A DNA stretch of 64,000 nt, from positions 5,878-69,877 of the forward strand of contig JBGSJG010000005.1 in NCBI GenBank assembly GCA_041742135.1. Direction: 5' to 3'. Positions 48,698 to 57,695 of this stretch are shown piece after piece. The first letter of the stretch is position 1. Every line of letters starts with the position of its first letter. Source of the stretch: Patescibacteria group bacterium (GTDB lineage Bacteria; Patescibacteriota; Microgenomatia; UBA8517). A model generated the notes under the pieces. The model was not told the origin of the DNA, did no database searches, and was given only the letters and a program-made list of their open reading frames with translations. A program made the position numbers and the translations under genes.

Positions 48698-49276
48698 ATG
48701 ACTGGGAGAACTCATGATGCCATTGCTTTTGCTTCCTTAATCACTGTTGCAGTAATTAATCCTCCGGGTAGCATAAACATCGCGACAGCCACCGCTGCGA
48801 TAGTTGGGAACATTGTAGGAGCTACGCTGCCTGATTTGGATCAATCCACAAACAGACTTTGGGACTTACTCCCCGGTCGGGATTTTGTGGGCAAGCTTAT
48901 GCGCCCCTTGTTTTTGGGTCACAGAAACTTAACTCACTCTTTGGTTGGAGTGTTTTTGATCTATAAAATTTTAGAGTTTCTGCTTCCTAGAATCTTAAAT
49001 CCAAGCTACGTTAATAGCCAAATCGTATTTGCGGCAATGATGATTGGCTATATTTCTCACCTTGTGGGCGACGCTTTAACGAAGGAGGGTTTGCCACTTT
49101 TGTTTCCATCACCCTTGCGCTTTGGTTTTCCTCCGATTTCTGCAATGCGAATTACCACCGGCAAATGGATTGAAAATATTGTGATCCTTCCCGGTACGGC
49201 AGCGTATATTTTTTGGTTTATTGGGGCTAACCACACAAGCTTCGTAAGTCTTCTTAAAATCATAGCGGAAAGCTAG
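48698..49276 (+). CDS. YdjM-family membrane metal-dependent hydrolase
   Basis: MTGRTH, LPDLD, HRNLTHS and SHLVGD. Confidence 0.9.
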   Translation: MTGRTHDAIAFASLITVAVINPPGSINIATATAAIVGNIVGATLPDLDQSTNRLWDLLPGRDFVGKLMRPLFLGHRNLTHSLVGVFLIYKILEFLLPRILNPSYVNSQIVFAAMMIGYISHLVGDALTKEGLPLLFPSPLRFGFPPISAMRITTGKWIENIVILPGTAAYIFWFIGANHTSFVSLLKIIAES

Positions 49277-49293
49277 CCGTGTTAATATGAAGT

Positions 49294-51741
49294 ATGGACT
49301 TTTTGACTTGGCATTTTAGTGATGGGCTTCGCTTTTATGCGAGTAGATACGTCTATAGCGTTCGAAGTGTTATCCATTATTTTTCACTCACAGTTTTATT
49401 GACATCACTCTTTGCACCATGGAAACGCTTGAGTGTCCGCGAGCGCGCTCCCGGGTTTAACATAAACACCTATTTCACAAACCTAAGCTTTAATTTAGTT
49501 TCACGCTTTATCGGCGCAATTGTGAGAATTGTGTTGTTTATCGCCGGTATCATAGTTCTTGTGCTCTTGGCCTTGTTTGGGGCAATTGGTTTTGTTGTTT
49601 GGTCAGTTTTTCCGTTGTTTTCAGTAGGAGTTTACATGCGCTATGTTAATAATCCCAGATTTATAGCTTCCACTCTTTGGAAGCGAATGAAAAACGGCAA
49701 ACCAATAGAGGAGCTAGTAAAAAGCGCTCCGGGGCAATTTTTAATTACTCACACTGGTATTTCATCTGAAAGTTTTATCTCAAGTGCCAAGCCGGTCAAA
49801 ATATCCGGGGGAGTGGAAAGTTTTGAAGATATTGTTTCGTTTTTGGTCAAAGAAGAAGTGTGGGATAACATTTATCTTCGGAGACAAAAAGCAGATACAC
49901 ATGCTTTGATCTTGGCCGCTCGCTGGTGGGACCAGAAAATGGCCAATAATTCGATTGACCTAGTTAGCTCTGGCTATGATTCTGGGGGCATTGGTCGGGA
50001 ACTGTTGTTTGGTTACACTCCGCTACTTGGCCAATACGCGACTGATATGAGTATTTCGAGTTTTTCTCATCACTTGATCGGAAGAGCTGAAATTGTTTCT
50101 CGGATGGAGAGAATGCTTACTGGGGGCAAGTCAGTAATTTTGTCGGGAAAGCCTGGGGTTGGCAAGAAGACGGTGGTTTATGAATTTGCCCACAGGGCGC
50201 GGCGTGGAGAATTTGGAACTGAGTTGGCATACAGGCGAGTTTTGGAGCTGGACTACAATTTTGTTTTCTCGGCTTCGCAAGACAAAAACAAAAAGAAGAA
50301 ACTGTTGGCTGACATTTTTGACGAAGCCGCGGCGGCCGGAAACATTATCTTGGTTCTTCGCGATTTGCACCGCATTACAAACGATGTTGTTGAAGGCTTG
50401 GACATTACCGACATTTTAGAAACGCATTTGACCAGCGGGAAGCTAAAAATTATTACGATTTCTTCGGATGAAGATTATGAAAAGTATCTAGCTCGAAGTT
50501 TGAAACTCAAGAAGTTTTTTGAAACCGTAGTTGTGACTGAGCCTACTAAAAAAGAAGCTTTGGAAATTTTGCTTGAAGCGGCCGAGACGTGGGAGAAAAC
50601 AAAGAAAATTATAATAACTACTCCTGCACTTTTGGAAATTCTTGATGGCAGTGATGAATATATAACTGATACGCCGTTTCCTGAAAAAGCCCTTGAGCTT
50701 TTGGATGCTGTTGTTTTTCTTGAAGAACAAGGCGGATTGGATAAAATTATCACTATCGATGATGCTAACGCAGCTCTGTCTGAAAAAACAGGGATTCCTT
50801 CGGCCAATATCACCAAAAGTGATAGCGAAAAATTGGCAAATTTAGAGGAAATTATTCACGAGCGGCTAGTGAACCAAGAATCTGCGGTGAACCTGATCGC
50901 AAAAATACTTCGTAGTAAAACTTTGGGGATTACAAAAAGTAGCCGCCCTATTGGTTCTTTCTTGTTCTTGGGCCCTACGGGTGTGGGCAAAACCGAAACA
51001 GCAAAGGTCTTGGCTAAAGTTTATTTTGGCTCGACTGATAAAATAATCCGCTTTGACATGGCCGAATACGTTGGCCGAGAGGGGCTTGAGCGATTAATTG
51101 GCTCGGTTGAAAAAAATAGCCCCGGAGCATTGAGTGTCGAAATTAAAAACCATCCGGCAAGTTTACTTTTATTGGATGAAATTGAAAAAGCCCCTCCTGA
51201 AGTATTTAATATTTTCTTGGCAATGCTTGACGAAGGATCGATTACCGATGCCTTTGGAAAAAAAGTGAACTGTAAAAATTTATTTATTATAGCTACAAGT
51301 AACGCCGGAGGGCAGTTTATTCGCGAGGCGGTCGGGAGAGCTGATGTAAACCTTCAACAAGAAGTCGTGGATCATGTTTTAAAAATGAATATATTTACCC
51401 CGGAATTTGTAAATCGATTTGATGGAGTAGTGGTGTATGAGCCTTTGACTCGCGAACATCTAGTAAAAGTTGCCAGGCTCCTTTTGCTTGATCTTTCGGC
51501 CAATATGGAAAGTAAAAATATCGCCGTTAACTTTAGCGATGAAGCAGTTGAAAAGCTTGCAGAGGACGGATTTGAGCCGGAGTTTGGCGCACGGCCAATG
51601 CGCCGAATTATCGAGCTTTCAATTGGGGATTTGTTAGGGAAAGCTCTGCTGTCTGGGCAGATTGCTGCAGGCGACTCGGTGACTGTTACCTCCGCAGAGG
51701 CAAAAGGTGAGTTTTCCTTCACAAAGAATCAATTGGTTTGA
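49294..51741 (+). CDS. Membrane-anchored Clp/Hsp100 AAA+ ATPase
   Basis: N-terminal TM region (LFAPWKR, LVSRFIG); D1 GKPGVGKKT with LVLRDLH; D2 GPTGVGKTE, RFDMAEY, LLDEIEKA and FGARPMRR. Confidence 0.9.
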   Translation: MDFLTWHFSDGLRFYASRYVYSVRSVIHYFSLTVLLTSLFAPWKRLSVRERAPGFNINTYFTNLSFNLVSRFIGAIVRIVLFIAGIIVLVLLALFGAIGFVVWSVFPLFSVGVYMRYVNNPRFIASTLWKRMKNGKPIEELVKSAPGQFLITHTGISSESFISSAKPVKISGGVESFEDIVSFLVKEEVWDNIYLRRQKADTHALILAARWWDQKMANNSIDLVSSGYDSGGIGRELLFGYTPLLGQYATDMSISSFSHHLIGRAEIVSRMERMLTGGKSVILSGKPGVGKKTVVYEFAHRARRGEFGTELAYRRVLELDYNFVFSASQDKNKKKKLLADIFDEAAAAGNIILVLRDLHRITNDVVEGLDITDILETHLTSGKLKIITISSDEDYEKYLARSLKLKKFFETVVVTEPTKKEALEILLEAAETWEKTKKIIITTPALLEILDGSDEYITDTPFPEKALELLDAVVFLEEQGGLDKIITIDDANAALSEKTGIPSANITKSDSEKLANLEEIIHERLVNQESAVNLIAKILRSKTLGITKSSRPIGSFLFLGPTGVGKTETAKVLAKVYFGSTDKIIRFDMAEYVGREGLERLIGSVEKNSPGALSVEIKNHPASLLLLDEIEKAPPEVFNIFLAMLDEGSITDAFGKKVNCKNLFIIATSNAGGQFIREAVGRADVNLQQEVVDHVLKMNIFTPEFVNRFDGVVVYEPLTREHLVKVARLLLLDLSANMESKNIAVNFSDEAVEKLAEDGFEPEFGARPMRRIIELSIGDLLGKALLSGQIAAGDSVTVTSAEAKGEFSFTKNQLV

Positions 51742-52076
51742 GATGTAGTTCTTTTTTGGCTAAAATACCTATAGTGGAGAGACCAAGTGTATCGGGGTGT
51801 GAAGGCAATCCCGTAGTGCTTTATAAAGCAGAAACAACTATTTTGGGCGAGCCAATAACGTATTTTTCGTGTTTGTGTATGTGTGAGCTGGATGAAAGTG
51901 ATACTAAAATTATCTTACATCCAGAAGTGGTGGGTACCAATTCCGCACCTAGTCGGTCTCTGCCGCTCGAGGCAGTAGACACAATTGTTAACTTAGATGG
52001 TAGACGGAGGATTGTCTTTGCTTTTGCAGGTTACACGAGAGATGGAGCCAATAAAGGGAAAAACTGGGTGAAATGA
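51738..52076 (+). CDS. Hypothetical protein
   Basis: 112-aa ORF overlapping both neighbours by 4 nt; contains CLCMC. Confidence 0.45.
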   Translation: MRCSSFLAKIPIVERPSVSGCEGNPVVLYKAETTILGEPITYFSCLCMCELDESDTKIILHPEVVGTNSAPSRSLPLEAVDTIVNLDGRRRIVFAFAGYTRDGANKGKNWVK

Positions 52077-53230
52077 AATTTAAATTAGTTAAAAAAGATA
52101 AAAAAACAAAAGCCCGGGCTGGAGTGATTCACACTCCTCATGGTGATATTAAAACTCCAGCTTTTTCAGTTGTGGGAACAAAAGCTTCAGTGAAAGGGCT
52201 TGACCCGATCGACATCAAAAATGCCGGCTCTGAAGTGGTTTTGGCCAACACCTACCATCTTTATCTTCGCCCGGGCGTGGAGATCATAAAAAAATATGGA
52301 AGCATTCGAGAATTTATGAATTGGCAGGGGCCCACTATAACAGATAGTGGCGGGTACCAAGTTTCTTATCTTTGGACACGCGGAGAAGAGGTTGGTCAAA
52401 GTGTAAAAATAACTGATCACGGGGCACGCTTCCGTTCGCACATTGACGGCGCGCTTCATGAGATAACCCCTGAAAAATCGATGCAAATCCAAAAAGTACT
52501 GGGGGCGGATATTATTATGGCCTTTGATCAGCCCATCAAGCTTGCCAATTCCGTGCGAAAAAATAACGAATCACTTAGAAGAACTTTTGATTGGGAAGAA
52601 CGCAGTTTTAGGGAGTGGCAAAAGCTTCAAGAGACAGGAGATTATCAAGCATTATACGGCATAGTTCATGGAGGATTAGATAAAAAAACCAGAAAAAGTT
52701 TCTTGGATTTTGTGTTGTCTACTGGCTTTGACGGCATTGCTTTTGGGGATGAGACAATTGGCGCAGACCCGGCAATGACCAAAAAAGGGCTTGATACTGT
52801 CAGCGATTACTTGCCTGATGACAAGCCTGTTCATGCTTTGGGTCTGGGAGGTGGCCCAGAAGGAATTTTTGTCGCAGTCGAGCGGGGAGTAGATACATTT
52901 GATAACACCGGAATAACACGCATGGCTAGGTCCGGAATTTTATTTATCAACCCAGAAGATGGAGGGACTATCCAAAATAAATTTAGAATTAGCATTATTA
53001 AAAGTAAATACAGAGGGCAAACCACACCTATCTCAAAAAATTGTAACTGTTATAGCTGCAAGAATTTTTCTGCCGGGTACATGCACCACTTAACAGTGAA
53101 TGGCGAACCACTCGCCGCCAGACTTAATACTATTCATAATGTATTTTTTGTAAATTCTTTAATGAATAAAATTAGAGATTCAATAGAAAAAGGTGACTTT
53201 ACTTCACTAAAGAAAAGCTGGTTAAGCTAG
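52073..53230 (+). CDS. tgt: tRNA-guanine transglycosylase family protein (atypical pocket)
   Basis: ARAG...TPHG...TP.F, LANTYHL, TDSGGYQV, DTFD and Zn site CNCYSC...H. Confidence 0.9.
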   Translation: MKFKLVKKDKKTKARAGVIHTPHGDIKTPAFSVVGTKASVKGLDPIDIKNAGSEVVLANTYHLYLRPGVEIIKKYGSIREFMNWQGPTITDSGGYQVSYLWTRGEEVGQSVKITDHGARFRSHIDGALHEITPEKSMQIQKVLGADIIMAFDQPIKLANSVRKNNESLRRTFDWEERSFREWQKLQETGDYQALYGIVHGGLDKKTRKSFLDFVLSTGFDGIAFGDETIGADPAMTKKGLDTVSDYLPDDKPVHALGLGGGPEGIFVAVERGVDTFDNTGITRMARSGILFINPEDGGTIQNKFRISIIKSKYRGQTTPISKNCNCYSCKNFSAGYMHHLTVNGEPLAARLNTIHNVFFVNSLMNKIRDSIEKGDFTSLKKSWLS

Positions 53231-53278
53231 CCTAAAAGTATTGACATGAAGGCAAATATATGGTTAACTTCGGGCTGA

Positions 53279-53923
53279 ATGGAAGATCAGTCAAACCAAC
53301 CGCAAGCAGTTCCACCACAACCAGAGGTTTCCTTTCCTCAGCCAAGAGATACAGAAGGAAAATCAAAAAATTTCAAAGTGATAATTGCTGTTATCGGAGT
53401 GATAGTTATAGTAGTCGTCGGTGGCTGGTTGATTTTAGGCAACAGCTCTGGTGAAGGTAGTTCTCCGACACCAGTTGCCACAGATGACGGACTATCAACT
53501 TTTCCGACCCCAGAAGTCACACAAACTCCACAACCAACCCCTAGTGCATCTGCTGCACCAGTAGATAAGAGCGAAATTAAAGTCGAGGTTTTAAACGGTA
53601 CAGGAGTTCCTGGTGAGGCAAGTTTCTTGGAAGGTGAAATGGAAGATTTGGGCTTCGAAGACATTACAGCCGGAAATGCTGACGAGCAGGATCAAACAGA
53701 AACGGTAGCAACATATTCTCGCGAATTGTCACCGGCTGTGGCCGACGAGATTACAGCGAAACTTGAAGAGTTGTATGAAAAAGTTCGCACAAGACGCGCA
53801 ACAGTTTCAGGTGGATTTGATTTATCCATCACAACGGGGCCGAGAAAAAGTGGAACTGCTAAGCCAACTGCATCTGCCAAAGCTACAGCCACCCCGTCAG
53901 CTTCTCCAGACTCGGACAATTGA
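53279..53923 (+). CDS. Single-pass membrane protein with LytR_C domain
   Basis: TM, P/T linker, VEVLNGTGVPGEA, AGNA and DLSITTG. Confidence 0.85.
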   Translation: MEDQSNQPQAVPPQPEVSFPQPRDTEGKSKNFKVIIAVIGVIVIVVVGGWLILGNSSGEGSSPTPVATDDGLSTFPTPEVTQTPQPTPSASAAPVDKSEIKVEVLNGTGVPGEASFLEGEMEDLGFEDITAGNADEQDQTETVATYSRELSPAVADEITAKLEELYEKVRTRRATVSGGFDLSITTGPRKSGTAKPTASAKATATPSASPDSDN

Positions 53924-53958
53924 CAATAGAATCCCTTTGGGATTACAGTAAACTTGTA

Positions 53959-54630
53959 ATGCATCTTTTACTAACTGTTTTTCTTCTTGTTGTTAGTGTT
54001 TTTATGACACCTAAGCCGGCAGGCGCTACTGATGACTACCCCCTTCGAATACAAGAAACTGAAAATGAGAGAGATCGAGTTCAGGAAGCCAAAGAGGAAG
54101 CGCTTAAAAACCGCGAGGAAGCGATGGAGAAGCTTCGGGAGCATAAGGAGGAAGCTTTAGAAAACGCGGAAACTAGACGTGAGGAATTTAGACTGAAACT
54201 TCAAGAGATTCGAGACGAGCGAAAGCAAAAAATTCTTGAGAATTTAGTTGAGAGGTTTGAAAATGTCAACACAGGCTGGACAAATCATTGGAATAATGTT
54301 TTGACACGTTTGACGGAAATACTATCTAAAGTTACAACACGAGCTGATACGCTTGAGGGCGCGGGAAAGGATGTTTCTAGTGTACGGACTGCCGTGGCTG
54401 CTGCAACTGCCGCGATTGATGCTGCGCAGACCGCAATCGATGAACAAGCAGGAAATTCTTATACAATTGAAATAGACACAGAAGCGAATTTGGGACAGAT
54501 GACAAATGAAGCAATTGGAGTATTGCATGAAGATCTACGCAAGGTTGGTGGTTTAATTGAGGAAGCGCGGACTCTAGTTCTTGCAGCAATCCGCGCACTT
54601 GGAGAGATTGGAGATTTAAATGCAGAATAA
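53959..54630 (+). CDS. Secreted coiled-coil/helical protein
   Basis: Signal peptide followed by E/R/K-rich heptads; TTGACA(53920)-N18-TACAGT upstream. Confidence 0.7.
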   Translation: MHLLLTVFLLVVSVFMTPKPAGATDDYPLRIQETENERDRVQEAKEEALKNREEAMEKLREHKEEALENAETRREEFRLKLQEIRDERKQKILENLVERFENVNTGWTNHWNNVLTRLTEILSKVTTRADTLEGAGKDVSSVRTAVAAATAAIDAAQTAIDEQAGNSYTIEIDTEANLGQMTNEAIGVLHEDLRKVGGLIEEARTLVLAAIRALGEIGDLNAE

Positions 54631-54886
54631 AAAGGGTGTAACCGAATTGGTCCTCATACTTGTGGTAGTTGTCGTCCTTGGTGTGGCTGCGTTTATTGCC
54701 GTGAGATACTTTGACTTTACGGGAAGTATGAATAAAACAGTTGATACTGATATTGCCGTTGTTAGCCCTTCACCAATTTCTGATTCAACAGACGTGGATG
54801 TACTTGAGGAGGAGTTTGAGGCTACGCTAACCGGTTCAGTAGATAGCGAAATTGAGGAAATGATGGAAGAAGCGGCTTCACTTTAA
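54620..54886 (+). CDS. Small membrane protein with prepilin-like N-terminus
   Basis: MQNKKG|VTELVLILVVVVVLG followed by an acidic tail. Confidence 0.6.
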   Translation: MQNKKGVTELVLILVVVVVLGVAAFIAVRYFDFTGSMNKTVDTDIAVVSPSPISDSTDVDVLEEEFEATLTGSVDSEIEEMMEEAASL

Positions 54887-54916
54887 TTTTTTTACACTGT
54901 AGTACAATAAGGCAGG

Positions 54917-55411
54917 ATGAACTTGGATACTGCCCAGCTTCAGGAGGTTCAAAATGTACCTTCAAAACTCTTTGCCACTATTGGGAATTTTAATTTGCCT
55001 GGAGGCTTTGTTTTCTCCCCAAACTACTTGCAGGCAGGGCTTATTGTTCTTTGTATTTTTCTTCTAATTTTGACATTTGGAATGCTTCAGCACAGATTTA
55101 ACCATTGGACTGTAAAAGGCATACTTCCCGGAATCGGGCTGGGTTTTTTGCTTGCGATTTTATTAGAATCTATTCTTTTAATTAGTGGCAGGACAGTCAT
55201 GACTGAAGTTGTGGGATGGAAAAATGCCCCCAAGCCAATCTCCAATGCTCTTGAGGCCTCACGCGGAAGACTGGTAGAAGTTCTAGGAGTATCAACCGTG
55301 CCCGAATCAAATGCCAACGAGAAACCAACGATCGGCGGCATCATGAGCCAGTATGAAAATTTATCCGATAACGAGCAGGAATCACTTCAGAGCCTAGTTT
55401 GCCCGAGATAA
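54917..55411 (+). CDS. Hypothetical membrane protein
   Basis: Two TM segments; TACAAT upstream of the ATG. Confidence 0.7.
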   Translation: MNLDTAQLQEVQNVPSKLFATIGNFNLPGGFVFSPNYLQAGLIVLCIFLLILTFGMLQHRFNHWTVKGILPGIGLGFLLAILLESILLISGRTVMTEVVGWKNAPKPISNALEASRGRLVEVLGVSTVPESNANEKPTIGGIMSQYENLSDNEQESLQSLVCPR

Positions 55412-55428
55412 TGCTATAATTTACGCTC

Positions 55429-56505
55429 ATGAATGATTTGAAAACCAGAATTACAGAGCTTGCCGAGCGCGTTGATAAATTGATCGAGTCTCTGAATTTG
55501 CCTTCCAAGCGTGAAGAAATACGTGTGCTTGAGATAGAATCTGCGGCGCCTGACCTATGGAATGACCAAGACCACGCGCGCGATCTTATGCAGAGGTTGG
55601 GTGCAGCAAAAACTGATGTTGAAACAGTAGATAACCTGTCAAATGAAATTCACGCCCTAGCTGATTTGGCTAGCGAGGGAGAGCTTGATCCTGCGCTTTC
55701 GGTGGACTTGGACAAACTTGCGAGTGAGCTACACCGCTACGAGCTGACTAATTACCTCTCAGGCAAATACGATAAGAAAAAAGCGATCATTTCGATTCAT
55801 GCGGGGCAGGGGGGGACAGAAGCGATGGATTGGACTAGTATGCTTTTTAGAATGTATTCACGCTACGCTGAGAAGCGGGAATGGAAAGTGGAAGTCTTGG
55901 ATGAAACCTTGGGAGAAGAAGCCGGCATTAAAAGCATCACTTTTAAAATTGATGGATTGTACTCTTACGGCTATTTGAAGCGCGAGTCGGGTGCACACAG
56001 GCTTGTTCGCCAGTCGCCTTTTAATGCTGACAAGTTGCGCCAGACCTCGTTTTCCTTGGTAGAAATTGTTCCCGAGCTTGAAGAGGGGGATACCCCTGAA
56101 ATTGAGATAAAAGACGTTGATTTGGATTGGCATTTTAGCCGAGCTGGTGGGCACGGCGGCCAAAATGTTAACAAAGTAAGCACAGCAGTAAGGCTTACTC
56201 ATTTGCCTACAGGCATAGTTGTGAATGCGCGAACCGAGCGTTACCAAGAGCAAAATCGAAAATATGCACTTGCAATTCTTCGTGCCAAGCTCTGGGCCTT
56301 GGAAGAGGAGCGAAAGCTTGCAGAGAAAAAAGATATCCAAGGAGATTACACTCCAGCAACTTGGGGTACTCAGATCCGCTCGTACGTTTTGCACCCCTAC
56401 AAAATGGTTAAAGATTTAAGGACAGGTGCCGAGACTTCAGCAGCAGAAGCAGTCCTTGATGGTGAGCTCGATGAGTTTATCGAAGCTCAGATGACTAAAC
56501 TCTAA
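55429..56505 (+). CDS. prfB: Peptide chain release factor 2 (single reading frame)
   Basis: GQGGTEA, HRLVRQSPF (SPF), GGQNVNK and WG.QIRSYVLHPY. Confidence 0.97.
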   Translation: MNDLKTRITELAERVDKLIESLNLPSKREEIRVLEIESAAPDLWNDQDHARDLMQRLGAAKTDVETVDNLSNEIHALADLASEGELDPALSVDLDKLASELHRYELTNYLSGKYDKKKAIISIHAGQGGTEAMDWTSMLFRMYSRYAEKREWKVEVLDETLGEEAGIKSITFKIDGLYSYGYLKRESGAHRLVRQSPFNADKLRQTSFSLVEIVPELEEGDTPEIEIKDVDLDWHFSRAGGHGGQNVNKVSTAVRLTHLPTGIVVNARTERYQEQNRKYALAILRAKLWALEEERKLAEKKDIQGDYTPATWGTQIRSYVLHPYKMVKDLRTGAETSAAEAVLDGELDEFIEAQMTKL

Positions 56506-56526
56506 GGTCTATGTTATAGTGAGTGG

Positions 56527-57021
56527 ATGGAAAAAATAGAGATTCCACAAGTTCAGCCAGTAACTCCTGCGACCGCGGCCCCTTCTGTTTTGGAAACTCC
56601 AAATGTGGATGTTGTTAAAAAGTTGCCCGCGGATAATAATGCAAAGATGAAACTTTTTGGTATAGGCTTGGTGGTAGTTTTGGCCGGAGTTGCAACAGGC
56701 TATATGCTTTCGGGAGCCTCTGCGAGTAGCGGAGAGCCTACTCCAACATCAAACGTTGCCGAAGAGAAAGCTGGAGTTACTGTTGACGAAAGCGCTTTTC
56801 CAGATGTTGCCACTGGAATTTTAAACGAGGGTGGTATTGAAGGAGAGGGGACCCATTATCTCGACACGGGTTTGGGAGCTGAAAAATATGTTTATTTGCT
56901 TTCAACCGTAATTGATCTTCAGAGTTTTGTGGGTAAAAAAGTTGAGGTTAACGGCCAGACTCTAGCTGCAGAGAATGCGGGTTGGCTAATGGACGTTGGC
57001 CGTGTTAAGGTATTGGAATAA
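56527..57021 (+). CDS. Hypothetical single-pass membrane protein
   Basis: TM followed by a small beta domain (GEGTHYL...FVGKKVEVNG). Confidence 0.7.
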   Translation: MEKIEIPQVQPVTPATAAPSVLETPNVDVVKKLPADNNAKMKLFGIGLVVVLAGVATGYMLSGASASSGEPTPTSNVAEEKAGVTVDESAFPDVATGILNEGGIEGEGTHYLDTGLGAEKYVYLLSTVIDLQSFVGKKVEVNGQTLAAENAGWLMDVGRVKVLE

Positions 57022-57029
57022 CTTGCCCT

Positions 57030-57695
57030 ATGCCTCTTTTAGAATTTAAAAACGTCAGTAAAAGTTTCGGCGCTATAGAAGCTCTCAAAGATGTCAGCTT
57101 TGACATTGAAGAGGGTGAGATGGTTTTTGTGACGGGTCCTTCGGGTGCTGGTAAAACCACACTTCTTAAACTTCTGATTCGTCAGCTTAAGCCTTCAAGT
57201 GGTGAGGTCATTTTTGATGGCAAGGATGTTAGTAAAATTAAAAAGAAGGATGTCCCTGCTCTTCGGCGCAAAGTCGGCACTGTGTTTCAGGATTTTAAGC
57301 TTTTGGATGAAAAAACAATTCGGGAAAACTGCAACATTGCTTTAGCGATTGCAAAAGTTGCCTCAAAAGAATGGGACGCAAGAGTCGAGCACGTACTTGA
57401 GCTAGTTGGCCTTTCAGAGCGTGCTGACTTTTTCCCGTCTCAGCTTTCAGGAGGGGAAATTCAAAGAGCAGCCCTTGCTCGCGCTTTGGTCATGAACCCG
57501 AAGATAATTTTTGCCGATGAGCCTACGGGAAACCTTGATTGGGATACAGCCGAGGAAGTTATGAAGCTCTTGCAAAAAATTAATAAAGAGGGCAAAACTG
57601 TAATTGTTACCACGCATCACAAAAAAATTATTCACGAGTTGGGTGGCAGACAGTTGGAGCTTAAAAAAGGGAGTCTGGAAAAAGGAGAAAAATGA
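57030..57695 (+). CDS. ftsE: Cell division ATP-binding protein FtsE
   Basis: GPSGAGKTT, VFQDFKLL, LSGGE and ADEPTGNLD; directly upstream of ftsX. Confidence 0.93.
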   Translation: MPLLEFKNVSKSFGAIEALKDVSFDIEEGEMVFVTGPSGAGKTTLLKLLIRQLKPSSGEVIFDGKDVSKIKKKDVPALRRKVGTVFQDFKLLDEKTIRENCNIALAIAKVASKEWDARVEHVLELVGLSERADFFPSQLSGGEIQRAALARALVMNPKIIFADEPTGNLDWDTAEEVMKLLQKINKEGKTVIVTTHHKKIIHELGGRQLELKKGSLEKGEK

